A DNA stretch of 63,345 bases, filler included, from Asterionella formosa (Eukaryota), in NCBI GenBank assembly GCA_002256025.1. It is 10 parts of 10 records of this genome, joined end to end, with 100 filler letters (N's around TTAATTAATTAA, not from the genome) between each part and the next. Parts side by side here need not be neighbours in the genome. Positions count along the whole stretch, not along the records: positions 50,466 to 51,989 come from NKIB01002074.1; positions 52,090 to 53,613 come from NKIB01002075.1; positions 53,714 to 55,236 come from NKIB01002076.1; positions 55,337 to 56,859 come from NKIB01002078.1; positions 56,960 to 58,481 come from NKIB01002079.1; positions 58,582 to 60,103 come from NKIB01002080.1; positions 60,204 to 61,724 come from NKIB01002082.1; 3 more parts are not named here. One strand, written 5' to 3'. Of this stretch, positions 50,466-61,824 are shown piece after piece. The notes beneath the pieces were generated by a model. The model saw nothing but the letters and a program-made list of their open reading frames with translations. It searched no databases and had not been told where the DNA came from. Both the position numbers and the translations under genes were made by a program. How positions within the stretch are numbered: position 1 is the stretch's first letter; each line of letters begins with the position of its first letter.

Positions 50466-51209
50466 GCGTCCCTTCTTTTCAACGAATTAACGGCTTACTT
50501 GTCAAGGCATAAGGCTGATGTGAAGTCATCACCTATTCCGAAAAGAGTAAGTGTTGAACCTACTTTGCCTTGCATTTAGATTTTCCTTGTTCATGTCTCA
50601 CATTTTGGAAGTTGATTTCAATGCAGAGTTCTGTTTGAAGCGTTGATATAAAGGTGGACAACACTGCCGCTCTCTACAAGCGTTTACGAAATCTTCGTTT
50701 ATTTTTATGGTGTCTCTGAAACTGTGAAGTGAAGTATTGTACAACTTGAACATCTGTGGCAATTGTGTGACATTCCTGCTGATAGGGAGGAGATAATGGT
50801 GTTTGTTGCACACGCATCATTTATTGGGGACTTCACAGAACTTGAAGCAGCAATAGCGCCTCGCCCTCAGGGTCAGAATGACTCAAGCCTATCCTCTGCT
50901 TTTTCTGATGAGATAAGGACATCCGCTTTCCTTGACCTTTTCTGTTCACAAGCAGTAAGTTGGGACGATTTGGGTGAGGGTGCGTACAAGAGTTTCTATC
51001 TCATGGTCAAGAAACTTCGCCAGTCACCTGCCGCTTCGCTTACAGCCAGCGGTCCCGCTCTTGACGCTCTGTCGCGTATTTGCCTCACGGCCGGCAACGA
51101 GAATGTTGCAGCTCAGTCGATGAAAGATCTCCTTGCTGTGGTATACGCTGCTAGGGCCAGTGGCAACAAGTCTCACAACGCTTGGTCATGTGGACCAAGT
51201 CCTATATAA
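50466..51209 (+). pseudogene. Fragment resembling the N-terminal region of USP9/USP24/USP34 deubiquitinases
   Basis: RLRNLRLFYG...*...QLEHLWQLCDIPADREE and ALDALSRICLTAGNENVAAQSMKDLL resemble USP9/24 helical segments; in-frame TGA near 50729; no catalytic domain seen. Confidence 0.45.
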
Positions 51210-51391
51210 TGTTAACCTTATAGGCTCTTCCCCTTAACTATGAGCTAATATAGATACACTAATCATTAAGCTTATAATTACCCAGAACCTACTTGTTGAA
51301 TCCTGACAACCGTAGGGCATTATATATTTATACCCCTTTTTAGAAAGAGATAAGTAATAACTGAAATAAAATTTAAAACAAACGATTACTG

Positions 51392-51950
51392 ATGTCTTCT
51401 CCTACTGTCAATATGACAAACAATGGAATGATGGAAGCCCTCCTGCTACAGCAGAGAGGACCTCCTCCCATTCCGTTCAAATCGGATTGTTCGAGTAAAG
51501 ACGTGACCACCCGTGACCAGTATGTTTTGGTACACTTGAGCATTGACACCAGGTCCGAAGCAGTAGGCACGTTCGAGCAGAAGGTGAAAACCTTCGCCAA
51601 CAGTACTGCCAAGGAGTAAGTACATTAGGTGGAAATTAGCATTTGCCGATGTCATCAGGCTTAAGCCCCTGGAGACTGGCATGGCAAAAATCGTCATGGC
51701 TAATGTCCTGTTCACAGGCGCAGCCAAAGACACATTTGGTAGTACGAACAACTTCGTGAGGAAATAAACGCGCTAAACAACCCGCGTGCATACGTCTACA
51801 CACAAAAAACACGTAAATCAGGACGGGACTCAGACCAATCATCCAAAGTCAATCATGATACCGTAGCGAAAATGATGAGTGATTGCAGAAATTACATGCG
51901 CAAACGGGATAAGACGCGTACTCTGCGTGCTACTAGATACCGGCGCAAGT
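51392..51950 (+). mobile_element. Decayed gag-like ORF start, possibly from an LTR retroelement
   Basis: PPPIPFK...TFEQKVKTFANST.KE, then stops; resembles diatom retroelement gag N-termini; contig ends. Confidence 0.35.
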
Positions 51951-52297
51951 GCCTCGATCATTTTAGCAAAATATACGAACCCAACTTTANNNNNNNNNNN
52001 NNNNNNNNNNNNNNNNNNNNNNNNNNNNNNNNNTTAATTAATTAANNNNNNNNNNNNNNNNNNNNNNNNNNNNNNNNNNNNNNNNNNNNTTTGGAATTGG
52101 AATCACTATTGCCAGCACGATGACGTATGTAGCACTAAAGTTTGGATACTGCTCGTTTAGCAAAATTACCGCAACTTGCCGGTATGCTGAGTACCCTGAT
52201 ACCAGGTACCTGGTACATGGTACCGGTACAACCATCTTGCTTCATGTGCATATTTTTATGCATCATCACGCACATCCCGGCCTTTCTACGACTAATC

Positions 52298-52524
52298 AGA
52301 GTTGATTTTTCAACCAAAAAGGGAGTACAAAATCAACCGTCAATGCAACCGGGTTGATTTTTTCTTTGTTGTACAATACTGTATTTTCTCGTGATCAAGT
52401 ACGGAAAAATACCGTCAAGGTATTTTACCATCCGCAGTAGAACGATACTTGAGGCCTACAGAAAAATACAACCTGGGTTGATTTTTACAAGTAATACGAA
52501 CGTACCCGAAAATAAATCAACTCT
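52298..52524. mobile_element. MITE-like foldback with nested inverted repeats
   Basis: AGAGTTGATTT (52298) / AAATCAACTCT (to 52524); internal AAAATCAACC and GGGTTGATTTTT motifs repeated in both orientations. Confidence 0.55.
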
Positions 52525-52544
52525 CAGCGCAACCTTTTATGGCC

Positions 52545-52817
52545 ATACATATAGTCGTAGCTGTGTCCTGCACTGGTAGTTAACTAGCCCCTTCGACAAA
52601 GCTCGCGATGTACATATACCGGTACTTGAGTACAGGGTAGACTGGGTACCAGGTACCAGTACATATAGTCGTAGCTTTGTTGTGCACCGGCACCTTCGAC
52701 AAAAAAGCTATGTAGCGATGTACCGGTACTCGTTTAGACTGGGTACCAGGTACCTGGTACATAAAGTCGTCGCTATGTAGTGCAGTGGTAGTTAACTAGC
52801 ACCTTCGACAAAGCTCA
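52545..52817. repeat. Tandem repeat, ~105-bp unit, ~2.7 copies
   Basis: TACATA.AGTCGT.GCT.TG...TGCA..GG...CCTTCGACAAA three times, joined by TAGACTGGGTACCAGGTACC. Confidence 0.85.
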
Positions 52818-53816
52818 GTATATATACTGCCTTGTATAGAGTGGGTAATACCATCACCTCTAATAGCTTTGTCATGAAATGAAATCCCTTGTTGTACCTC
52901 CCCAGTTTTCTAGTAATATGCATGTTAACATGCAAACCATGAAACTACTAGGAGATAAAATAGTTAATAACAATTGAGGTACTAAACAAGCAAAGTAAAT
53001 ACTAAAGACATTGCAAATTTCAAAATTTCAATGAAATTATCTAAACACACAGTAGTGAATGCCCACCAGTGCAACAATCTTTTATCAGATGCATGAGTAT
53101 GTATGTCACTGTTTGGTCTTGGCCATATGGCTCATAAATTCGGTCTATTGCTGTGTTTGCAGGAGTAGTATCACCAGCACAAACTAGCATTGCAACTGTC
53201 TCCCACAGAATTTAGCACCAGCAGTAAATAAATTTCAGTCTACTCCTTTCAACCCTTGTAAATAGCCTTTCTGGCTTTTGCCCTCCAATCCCAACCTCCC
53301 ATTCCTGTCAAAGAACAACTAGCATCTTTGGTGTCTTAGCCACTACTATTGTACTAGACTGGATCAACAGCCATTTTACTTTCCAAATCGTTTTACTTTG
53401 GGTTAAAGTACTGAAAGACTATTTAGGTTTAAGCAAATGATGGAATCTAATTTAATCAAGACAACGTTAAGCAATATTTTTCTTAAACTTTGTAGACAAG
53501 CATGCACAGTCCTTAATTCATATGTAGATGACTGCATGTGTCACTACAGAAGGAAAGAGATTTACCAGCATTAGTCTACTGGTACTATGTTAACAATATG
53601 CTGGTAATAACAGNNNNNNNNNNNNNNNNNNNNNNNNNNNNNNNNNNNNNNNNNNNNTTAATTAATTAANNNNNNNNNNNNNNNNNNNNNNNNNNNNNNN
53701 NNNNNNNNNNNNNGAATTTTTATTTACTCATTAATAGTTACTAACAAAATGGTTATTTGTTTTTAATCAAGTACAGCCATTTGCAAATAACCGGACGCTG
53801 GTGTCGTTTCTTTTGC

Positions 53817-54043
53817 TCCATCGACCGAGTCGGACAGAAGTGTCATGTTTATGACAAGTCTCTTCGTTCCAACCACTCCTCATATTCGAAACCCGTTTGA
53901 TTCGTCGTTGTGGCAAGTTTTGTTGTGTTGCGCAGGAAGTCACAAATAGGCGGGAGACATCCATCGACCAAGTCGGACAGAAGTGTCAGGTCAGTTCTTG
54001 TCACATCTCTTCGTTCCAACTCCTCTTATTCGAAACCGTTTGA
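53817..54043. repeat. Local duplication of ~85 bp
   Basis: TCCATCGACC.AGTCGGACAGAAGTGTCA...TCTCTTCGTTCCAAC..TCCTC.TATTCGAAACC.GTTTGAT at ~53817 and ~53960. Confidence 0.85.
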
Positions 54044-54462
54044 TACGGCGGGATACAACCTTCCTCGCTGTTTCCCAAGTCCAATGGTACCACCAGAATG
54101 CAGCAAAGTTTTCTTCCCATTCATGATCCTTGGGACTTCGTCATGTTGTGGCGTTCTACCCCCTGCTCCATAACCACAGCCACCCTGTCGCGGGCCGTTG
54201 CAACGCACGATAATGGGTGATGTACCAAATTTTTCCGGTATAATAGAGGGGGGGCGGGGGGCAGCGCTTTGACTTTCACAGCCTCTGTACAGAGCTGCGA
54301 CAGAAAATAATAGGGAAAAACATAGTACCACCATAACCGTAGGTGCTGATAAAAGATGTAGACGTACTACCTGGTACCGGTAGTAACTCGTCAGCCTGGC
54401 TAATTATCGCGCCAGTTAAATTCATAAAAGCAATATCATGATAACTACCGGGTAGGTATGCC

Positions 54463-54810
54463 AGAACATATGGTGTTCTGTTGCTCGCTTACCGGTATTA
54501 CTCCGACTATTGGTTTTTAGTTTTACGATCATACAATCCTAGAACTATGATGATTTATTGTCCCACGGTAGTAGCAACAGTCCTGAATATTTGGTATTCC
54601 ATTGGTTTTTAGTTTTACGATCATACGATCCTAAAATTATGATGATTTACTGTCCCGCTGCAGTAGCAACAGTCATGAACATATGGTGTTCTATTTGTTT
54701 TTAGTTTTACGATCATATGATCCTAAAACTATGATGATTTACTGTCCCACTGCAGTAGCAACAGTCCTGAACATATGGTGTTCTGTTGCTAGTTTACTAC
54801 TCCGACTACC
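54463..54810. repeat. Tandem repeat, ~91-bp unit, three copies, each with a ~30-bp palindrome
   Basis: Units start at ~54509, 54601 and 54692; TAGTTTTACGATCATATGATCCTAAAACTA at 54702-54731. Confidence 0.9.
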
Positions 54811-55383
54811 CCCACCAGCATATCACTTACTACCTGCTACTGGTACTCTGTATATATATATGATATATTGTTATTGTCATATGATGTACCGGTACACATG
54901 AAGAGCTCCCGCCCAAAAAGGGGGCTTAAACAATTTGCCACCATAACCCTGGCGGTTATGACTTACACGGTTCACGTAGTCGTGGAAAACAATGGACATA
55001 TAGTGCATTGAGTATTTTCGAATTATGTATATGCGAGTATGATCATCTCAACCATATCAGATGTTCCATATCGAGAGCGCCTTTGAATTTTATAAAATGT
55101 ATTACGCTATATATATATATATATTTACAAATTTTATTACTATATTCATGGCCAATATATTTTTCAAATCGTTCTGTCACGTTAACAATCAATGCCTGCT
55201 GCTTCATGAAAAGATACGTCGTAGTAAAGCACATGANNNNNNNNNNNNNNNNNNNNNNNNNNNNNNNNNNNNNNNNNNNNTTAATTAATTAANNNNNNNN
55301 NNNNNNNNNNNNNNNNNNNNNNNNNNNNNNNNNNNNTCATGGAAATCATACAACGCCAGAGGATAGTGGGAGAGCCGACCTAA

Positions 55384-55860
55384 GTGGTATTCGTAGACCT
55401 CAAGAAGGCATATGATACGGTGCCCCACGAGGCGCTCTTTGCGAAACTATCCCGGTTTGGGATCAGGGGACGTTGCCTTGCTTTTCTACGTGCCCTTTAT
55501 CGCAGCAGTACAATCAGGGTACGAGTGGGGGGTGGCAGTAGGTGTGGCAATACTGGTGTCGACCAAATTCAACTGTACCCCAGTTGGTAAGGCCACACCA
55601 TTTTGGACTTTTGCGAGAGTCTATGGGGCCACCCTCTTGAGGCCTATTCTTGTGGGAACAATTTATGTCCCATGCAGAGCGGATCGCATCCGAGTGCTCA
55701 GGGCCCTGCCCCGAGCCTTGGACGCTCTGCATCGGGAGTTTCCAGAAGATCCCATTGTGATGATGGGAGACTTCAACATGAAGATGACGGAGTTGCAGAT
55801 TCTGATGGGACCGTGGCGGCTTCCCTTTCGGGTGTTACCCATCCGAGGGGGGGCATCGGG
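55384..55860 (+). mobile_element. Non-LTR (LINE) retrotransposon fragments: RT piece followed by APE endonuclease piece
   Basis: VFVDLKKAYDTVPHEALFAKL..FGIRG (RT) then, in another frame, GVAILV...VGTIYVP...IVMMGDFN (APE). Confidence 0.8.
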
Positions 55861-58581
55861 TCTGGCAGGAATGCAAGGCACGCATCAGATTCGACATTTG
55901 GGTAACAAGCGCCTATGTTGCTCCCCTCACGGGATGGAAACTTGGCCGTAGTTGAGGGGCCCTCTCCCTTGATGTGCTGGCGGAATCTATCTATGTATTT
56001 CGTCCACACAAGGTGACCAATGTCCATCCACTCACCGAAATGTGGTTAAACTAGGTGGAAGCCTGGGGCAAAGAAGATTGGGTACAAATGCACCACCAAC
56101 AACAATGGGTGCGAAAAGAGTTATAAAAAAAGGAAAAAAGAAATAAAAATTGAAAAAATAAAGTTAAAAAATAAATATAAAAAAAGGGGAAGAAAAGGTA
56201 CCCGGCCCTGGGAGGGAAATGGCAAGTAGCAACACAACTTAGTACTGTTTTGTGCTCAACAGTGAAGTGATTGCCACTACCTCCCCCACCGAACAACGGG
56301 GAGGGGATAGGATTCTTGATGCTATGGGTGGCATGCACTGGAGTTCTGTCTCCTACCCCACTCCCACCCGAGTATTCACTATCGTGACTACTCGCGGGAC
56401 CTCTCTCTAAGCCTGGCAGGTCGAGATGCGGTTCCGGGCACGGGGAGACCAAAACAGTGCCGAAACAAACATTTGCTTCGACAAATTATAGGAATCGATG
56501 GAGTGTCGTTCCACCCGCAGCTCCTCGGGGGCTGAACCAAGAAATTGGGACAGCTGAATTTGTGCAGGAGACTGGAGATTCTGCCAGAACAGCGTTTGTG
56601 GGCCCTTTCCAAGGGGGGACACAAGGAGAGGAGGAAAAGGAACCAGGAGGAGAAGGAAGCATGGGAAGACCACAGGGTGGTGACCAGAGAGTAGGGGAGA
56701 ACAGGGGACCACATGGGGAGTTTCCAACACGGCTCCCGGCGCGGCTCATACGACAGGATGCAGTCCGAAATGACCAAGTCCAGTTGTGTGTTTGGGGGGA
56801 AGAGGGCAGTCTCACTATATTCTGGGAACGCCTCTCTTACCTCTGTCGTGCATCGACGANNNNNNNNNNNNNNNNNNNNNNNNNNNNNNNNNNNNNNNNN
56901 NNNTTAATTAATTAANNNNNNNNNNNNNNNNNNNNNNNNNNNNNNNNNNNNNNNNNNNNCAAGGGGAATGGATGTTGAGGCCCTCTGATGACATTGACAC
57001 GGATGGGGCCATTTGGGTAGTTGTAGTGCTGACCGGCGGTAGTACTGACCACACAGGAAGATTGGTCGGTTGCAAGAAGTATTGGATTGCAAGAGGTATT
57101 GGACTGCATCTTGTGGAGCCATGGTTGAATAATAATAGTTAGAAATAAATGAAAACATACATGTTGGAGAAATCGAAATTGTGAGATCACAAACTGTTTC
57201 ACGGACAAAATTCGTATTGCTATTATGATTGATTGTTCTCATTTTATTTAATTCTCGCCATTCATATATGTCAGCAATTCCCGCTCCAGCTATCGTTTTG
57301 CCATTTGGGTACTTTTAAGTAATGTTTAGGCTCTAAGTAATTTCTTAAGTAATTTTTTTTTAAGGGCAATTTTGGGCACATCGAATTTTTAGGCAATAAA
57401 ATTGCCGATTTTAGCATGACAACCAGAATAACGGTAATATGCATAGAGATGGTACAACAAGCGTAAAACACACGAGAATGATTGTAACAACATGCAACAT
57501 AAATGAAAATTGAACATGATGTTTGGAGCAACCAAAGTATGAAATGCGATGTAATAAGTAGCATCAAATAAGAAATAGAATAAAAATTTTGGGTTAGAAA
57601 TGAAATAAAAAAAGAGTTCCAATGGAGACGTATGCATTGTGAATCATTGTAGTACTTACACAGGCAACATTGACTTTCCATCACCATACAAGCGAAGACC
57701 GAAAGAAGAAGGAAAAAGCTCAACCCAATGTAGACCTGCATCGTTATTTAGCGTCAATGGTCTGGTTGCTGCAACCATGCGCATCGCTGTAGTAGCCTGG
57801 CACCAGTAGCAGTATTTCCGCCACAGTCATTCCTCTCCGCCCACCAAACAGGCAACCCTGATCATTCCATTCTGTGCAAGCATGATTGCCACGCTGCTCC
57901 ATCACTTTTGACTCTCTCTAGCTGAGTATTTATGTAAGCTTGTGATACGAGCTTGTAGTAGCAATGTAGCAAAGTGCGTTAGAACAAGAAAAGCATTGCT
58001 TGGCGGCAATATTGACATCATGGTAAACGACTATACAAATCAACAAATATGATCAACAACAATACTCGCTGGCATGAGACCACCTCAGGCGTGTATTGCC
58101 TTCAGCAACCTCATGCAACCTGTTGTGCTTCAAACGTTCATTGATGAAATGGGCAATTGAAAGTCATTTTAAAACAAATCCCAATAAGTCATGTGTTTTC
58201 TTAATATCTAAACAAATATTATTTTCATGATCCCAATCAACAAAAGCGAAATGACGAATCTTGGCAGCAGCGGCACACCATTTCAGACTTAAGCTTTATG
58301 AAAAAGCTTAAGTCTGGATGCTGCCAAGTTTTGCCAAGAGATGAAGAAGTCGATAATCGCAAATTTCGGCGATTTCATTATATCGGAGATTCACCACTCA
58401 CATACCTGTTTGCAGAAACCTTCACAGGTTTTGTTCTCCCTGCTGAGATCACAAGAAAACGGTTAAGCCAGTTGTACATATNNNNNNNNNNNNNNNNNNN
58501 NNNNNNNNNNNNNNNNNNNNNNNNNTTAATTAATTAANNNNNNNNNNNNNNNNNNNNNNNNNNNNNNNNNNNNNNNNNNNN

Positions 58582-59100
58582 GGGAATCTCGGGGATAAGC
58601 TACCAAACAAGGAGTCGCTCGGAGATAGTTGACATTGTCAAGAATATCCTCCAGGGCCTTCAGAGTTTTCATGATCACAATCTTGTTTTTTGGAATTTGA
58701 ATCTGGAGACTCTGATGTTTGCTAATGATCGAAAAGTCAAGCTCACCAATTATGGTCTGTCACGAAAAAATTTCAAAAATGAACTGCAGTTGATCAAGGA
58801 AGACCACTGGGAAGCCTTGTACGATTCATCTCCTGAATCATAATCTGGATCCCCTACAAAAATGAGTGACATGTGGAGTCTTGGTGTGATTACCTTTGCC
58901 ATGCTTGCTGGCTATACGCCATTCCGTGGTCGAAGGAAAGATCTGCAGAAGCAGATTGAATCTGTTGAATTCAACTTTTCACATCCAGTTTGGTGTAAGC
59001 GATCCAAGGAAGAACAAAATTTCGTAACGTCATTGCTACGAAGAGAACCATCCAAGCTACCACACACAAGATGAGCCCTCAAACATCCCTGGCTCAGAAT
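58582..59100 (+). pseudogene. CAMK-like Ser/Thr kinase pseudogene fragment
   Basis: ILQGLQSFHDHNLVFWNLNLETL...VKLTNYGLS...SPES*...SDMWSLGVITFAMLAGYTPF...*ALKHPWL; catalytic motifs degenerate, with in-frame stops. Confidence 0.7.
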
Positions 59101-59669
59101 TGATGTCAACGAGAATGGTACTCTCTCTGTTTTCATCGAGAATGATAATGCAAGCAAGGAGTTCAACATGATTCATACCGGATTAGTATTCCAGTGAGAT
59201 GCGTTGAATGTTTCGTCCAACATAAATAGCGTAGCTGAGATACAAGGCGCCCGTGCGTTATTGGACACTGTGGACAGTGACAGCAATGCGTTCAATAATG
59301 CAACAAAAGCACACTAACATTTCAATTTATTTTACTTTACATTGACACGATTTGTAACGTGAATGTAACCTGAATACGTACATTATGTTGCTTACATGTT
59401 TAAAATGGATGTTTTGATCAGTTTCCGGGGAATACCACCTTTCATACTCGAATACTACCAGGTTCCTCCATGACATTTACCGGTAGAGGTATCCTGTTGA
59501 TACTAGGCACTAATAGGGCGCAGCAGCAGGTTTTTCAACTAGCTCCTCAACTGTTTCCTCAGCCTACACAATAAGTGAAAACAAAGATAGTGAGATAGCT
59601 GAAAACGGATTGGTATGCCGACATGGTACTTGTCTCTCGTGTTACTTACGGTGTGACTTCCATCAGGGT

Positions 59670-60103
59670 TTACAGTGGTTGTAATGGTCTTCTTCGTTCC
59701 ATCTGGCTCAATGCCAGCTTTGATCGTGACGGTTCCGTATCTTGGACTTTTCTAGGAAGGAAATCGTCCACATATGGAGGAAACTTGCAAACCACAGCAG
59801 CCGAGACGAGGGCAAGAATCATAGCAGCCACACCTGTTCCGGATCCTGCACTAAATGAACAGGCAAAGGTGGTGCAAACATCGCTGGAATAGACGATGAA
59901 GATCAAAGATTCAAAGAAGAAAGCAAAGAACAATAGAAGGCCAATCAACTTGATAAACTTATCCGGCAAAGCCATACACGTCATGCAAATGATGGAAATC
60001 ATGGAAATTCTGAGGCAGACGTTTGCACAAACCGCCATCCACGCAGACGCCTTCCATTTGTTATCCAATAAGTTGTCGTACGCGTGGTTTTGAGTCCACC
60101 TGA
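59670..60103 (-). CDS. 3' part of a multi-pass membrane protein (5' end cut by contig edge)
   Basis: Three hydrophobic segments with a Cys-containing loop (DVCTTFACSFSAGSG); frame open from the contig edge. Confidence 0.55.
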
Positions 60104-60329
60104 NNNNNNNNNNNNNNNNNNNNNNNNNNNNNNNNNNNNNNNNNNNNTTAATTAATTAANNNNNNNNNNNNNNNNNNNNNNNNNNNNNNNNNNNNNNNNN
60201 NNNTCTTTCTCTATGTATTATATACATGAATCAGTAGCTTAGCCTCGGCATTTTGACGTTTCCGTGTTTATATGAAATAATTATTTAGGTCACTATGACA
60301 AGTCGTGATACTGTCGATTCAAAGTGTAA

Positions 60330-61723
60330 GGGCCGTTCTTATCATTCTGTTATTTGTTGTCATTGGTGTATCATCGCCGAAATATGATACAAAAATGGCG
60401 GTTTGGTTTTTTTTTGTGTATCACCAACGGTTTTTTTGGTCTGATCACCGGTGTATCATGGGTGTATCACTGATACAGTTTTTGGACCCCTGACCAATGC
60501 TGTATCACTGATCAAGCCGTTGATCACTGTGTATCACGTCCGTTGCCACTGATAAAATAACTGTAAATACGCAAGCACAACACTATTAAATATTGCGCCA
60601 ACTATTTTTTGTTATATATATACTACGGTACTCTGTATACATTACCTTTCAGCTTCGTGAGTCATACAAGAATCAGTAGTCCGCTCATCTCTATACCAAT
60701 CTTCCGACATCGACTATATCTCGATTAATTGGCGCAATGAGCAGCAAAGTAGTAGTGACCGGAAAAAAATGAACCAGGGTTGTTGCCACTTTCAACTATA
60801 GTCGGGCGGTTGATGGTGGCAAGGAAGCCGTCAATAGCACCAACACATCCTCTCATCACGCCCTCTGAGCTTTTGCATTCAAAGCTGGAAGCCAATTTGA
60901 TAAATTCTTCTTTTTCTTTTGGAAAAATAATTTCGAGTTCTTCACAGTTTAGTACAGCATCAATGAACAAATCACGACATCGATAAAGTGAAGCAATGCT
61001 ACAACCGTAGGCATGACGAATGTCGATGTAACTGCCACCAGCCAGCCATCGCAAACCAATGGCTACCACAATTTCGGGAATTATGGGCTCAGAAGTGCCA
61101 CATTTGGAATAATTCCCTGCAATCTGAATTTCCAGCATGGAGGTGAGTTTTTTGAATGCTCTGTGTGACATTCTGTATGTCTTCTCGAAAGCAATCTCGT
61201 GATTGAGTTTCTCGACATGTGATTGCCAGGAGATTCTTTCGTGGTGCCACTTGTGCCTTCGTTGTCGTCGTCGTTCAGATGACTGAAGCTGCCGTTTACA
61301 GCGTCGCCTTTGTCGTTTGGATGAGTGTTCTTTTTCCTCTGCTTCCTTAGTTAAATGACAGAGGAAGAAGAAATCAAGATCACTACTGTCATCGTCATTA
61401 TCATCAAGTAAATCAAATGGCGACGACATGATTCATGCAAATGTGTGTTTTTAATATTATATTTAGTTTCCCGGTAATTATATTTTGTTGTTGCTTGATA
61501 TCAAGACCATCATTATATTCTGGAGGGATATACACATGATCTTCGCCAGCCTGTTGCCGTTGAAGATTCATTTTACTCCATGATACAATGTGATCACAAA
61601 TTAGTGATACAGTGACACTTTTGGAATGAATGAAATTCAGTTCAAATCGAGTTACCGTTGCTGATACATTTTCAAAAAAATTCAAATTCCGTGATACACG
61701 AAAAAAAATGATAAGAACGACCC
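60330..61723 (-). mobile_element. PIF/Harbinger DNA transposon, internally deleted (1394 bp)
   Basis: TIRs GGGCCGTTCTTATCATT / AATGATAAGAACGACCC; TAA directly to the left; subterminal GTGTATCA/TGATACA repeats. Confidence 0.88.
60725..61429 (-). pseudogene. Truncated Harbinger/HARBI1-like DDE transposase
   Basis: FEKTYRMS...F..L, IGLRWLAGGSY, GCVGAIDG (first catalytic Asp), FFSGHY; ends before the second and third catalytic residues. Confidence 0.88.
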
Positions 61724-61824
61724 TNNNNNNNNNNNNNNNNNNNNNNNNNNNNNNNNNNNNNNNNNNNNTTAATTAATTAANNNNNNNNNNNNNNNNNNNN
61801 NNNNNNNNNNNNNNNNNNNNNNNN

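Noticed and set aside
54026..54334. 102-aa ORF with a signal-peptide-like start
   Set aside because: No recognisable domain and runs into a local duplication; cannot be supported as a gene.
54730..54772. Box C (ATGATGA) and box D (CTGA) snoRNA-like pair in the repeat unit
   Set aside because: Only ~40 nt end to end, no terminal stem, and box D is not kept in all copies.
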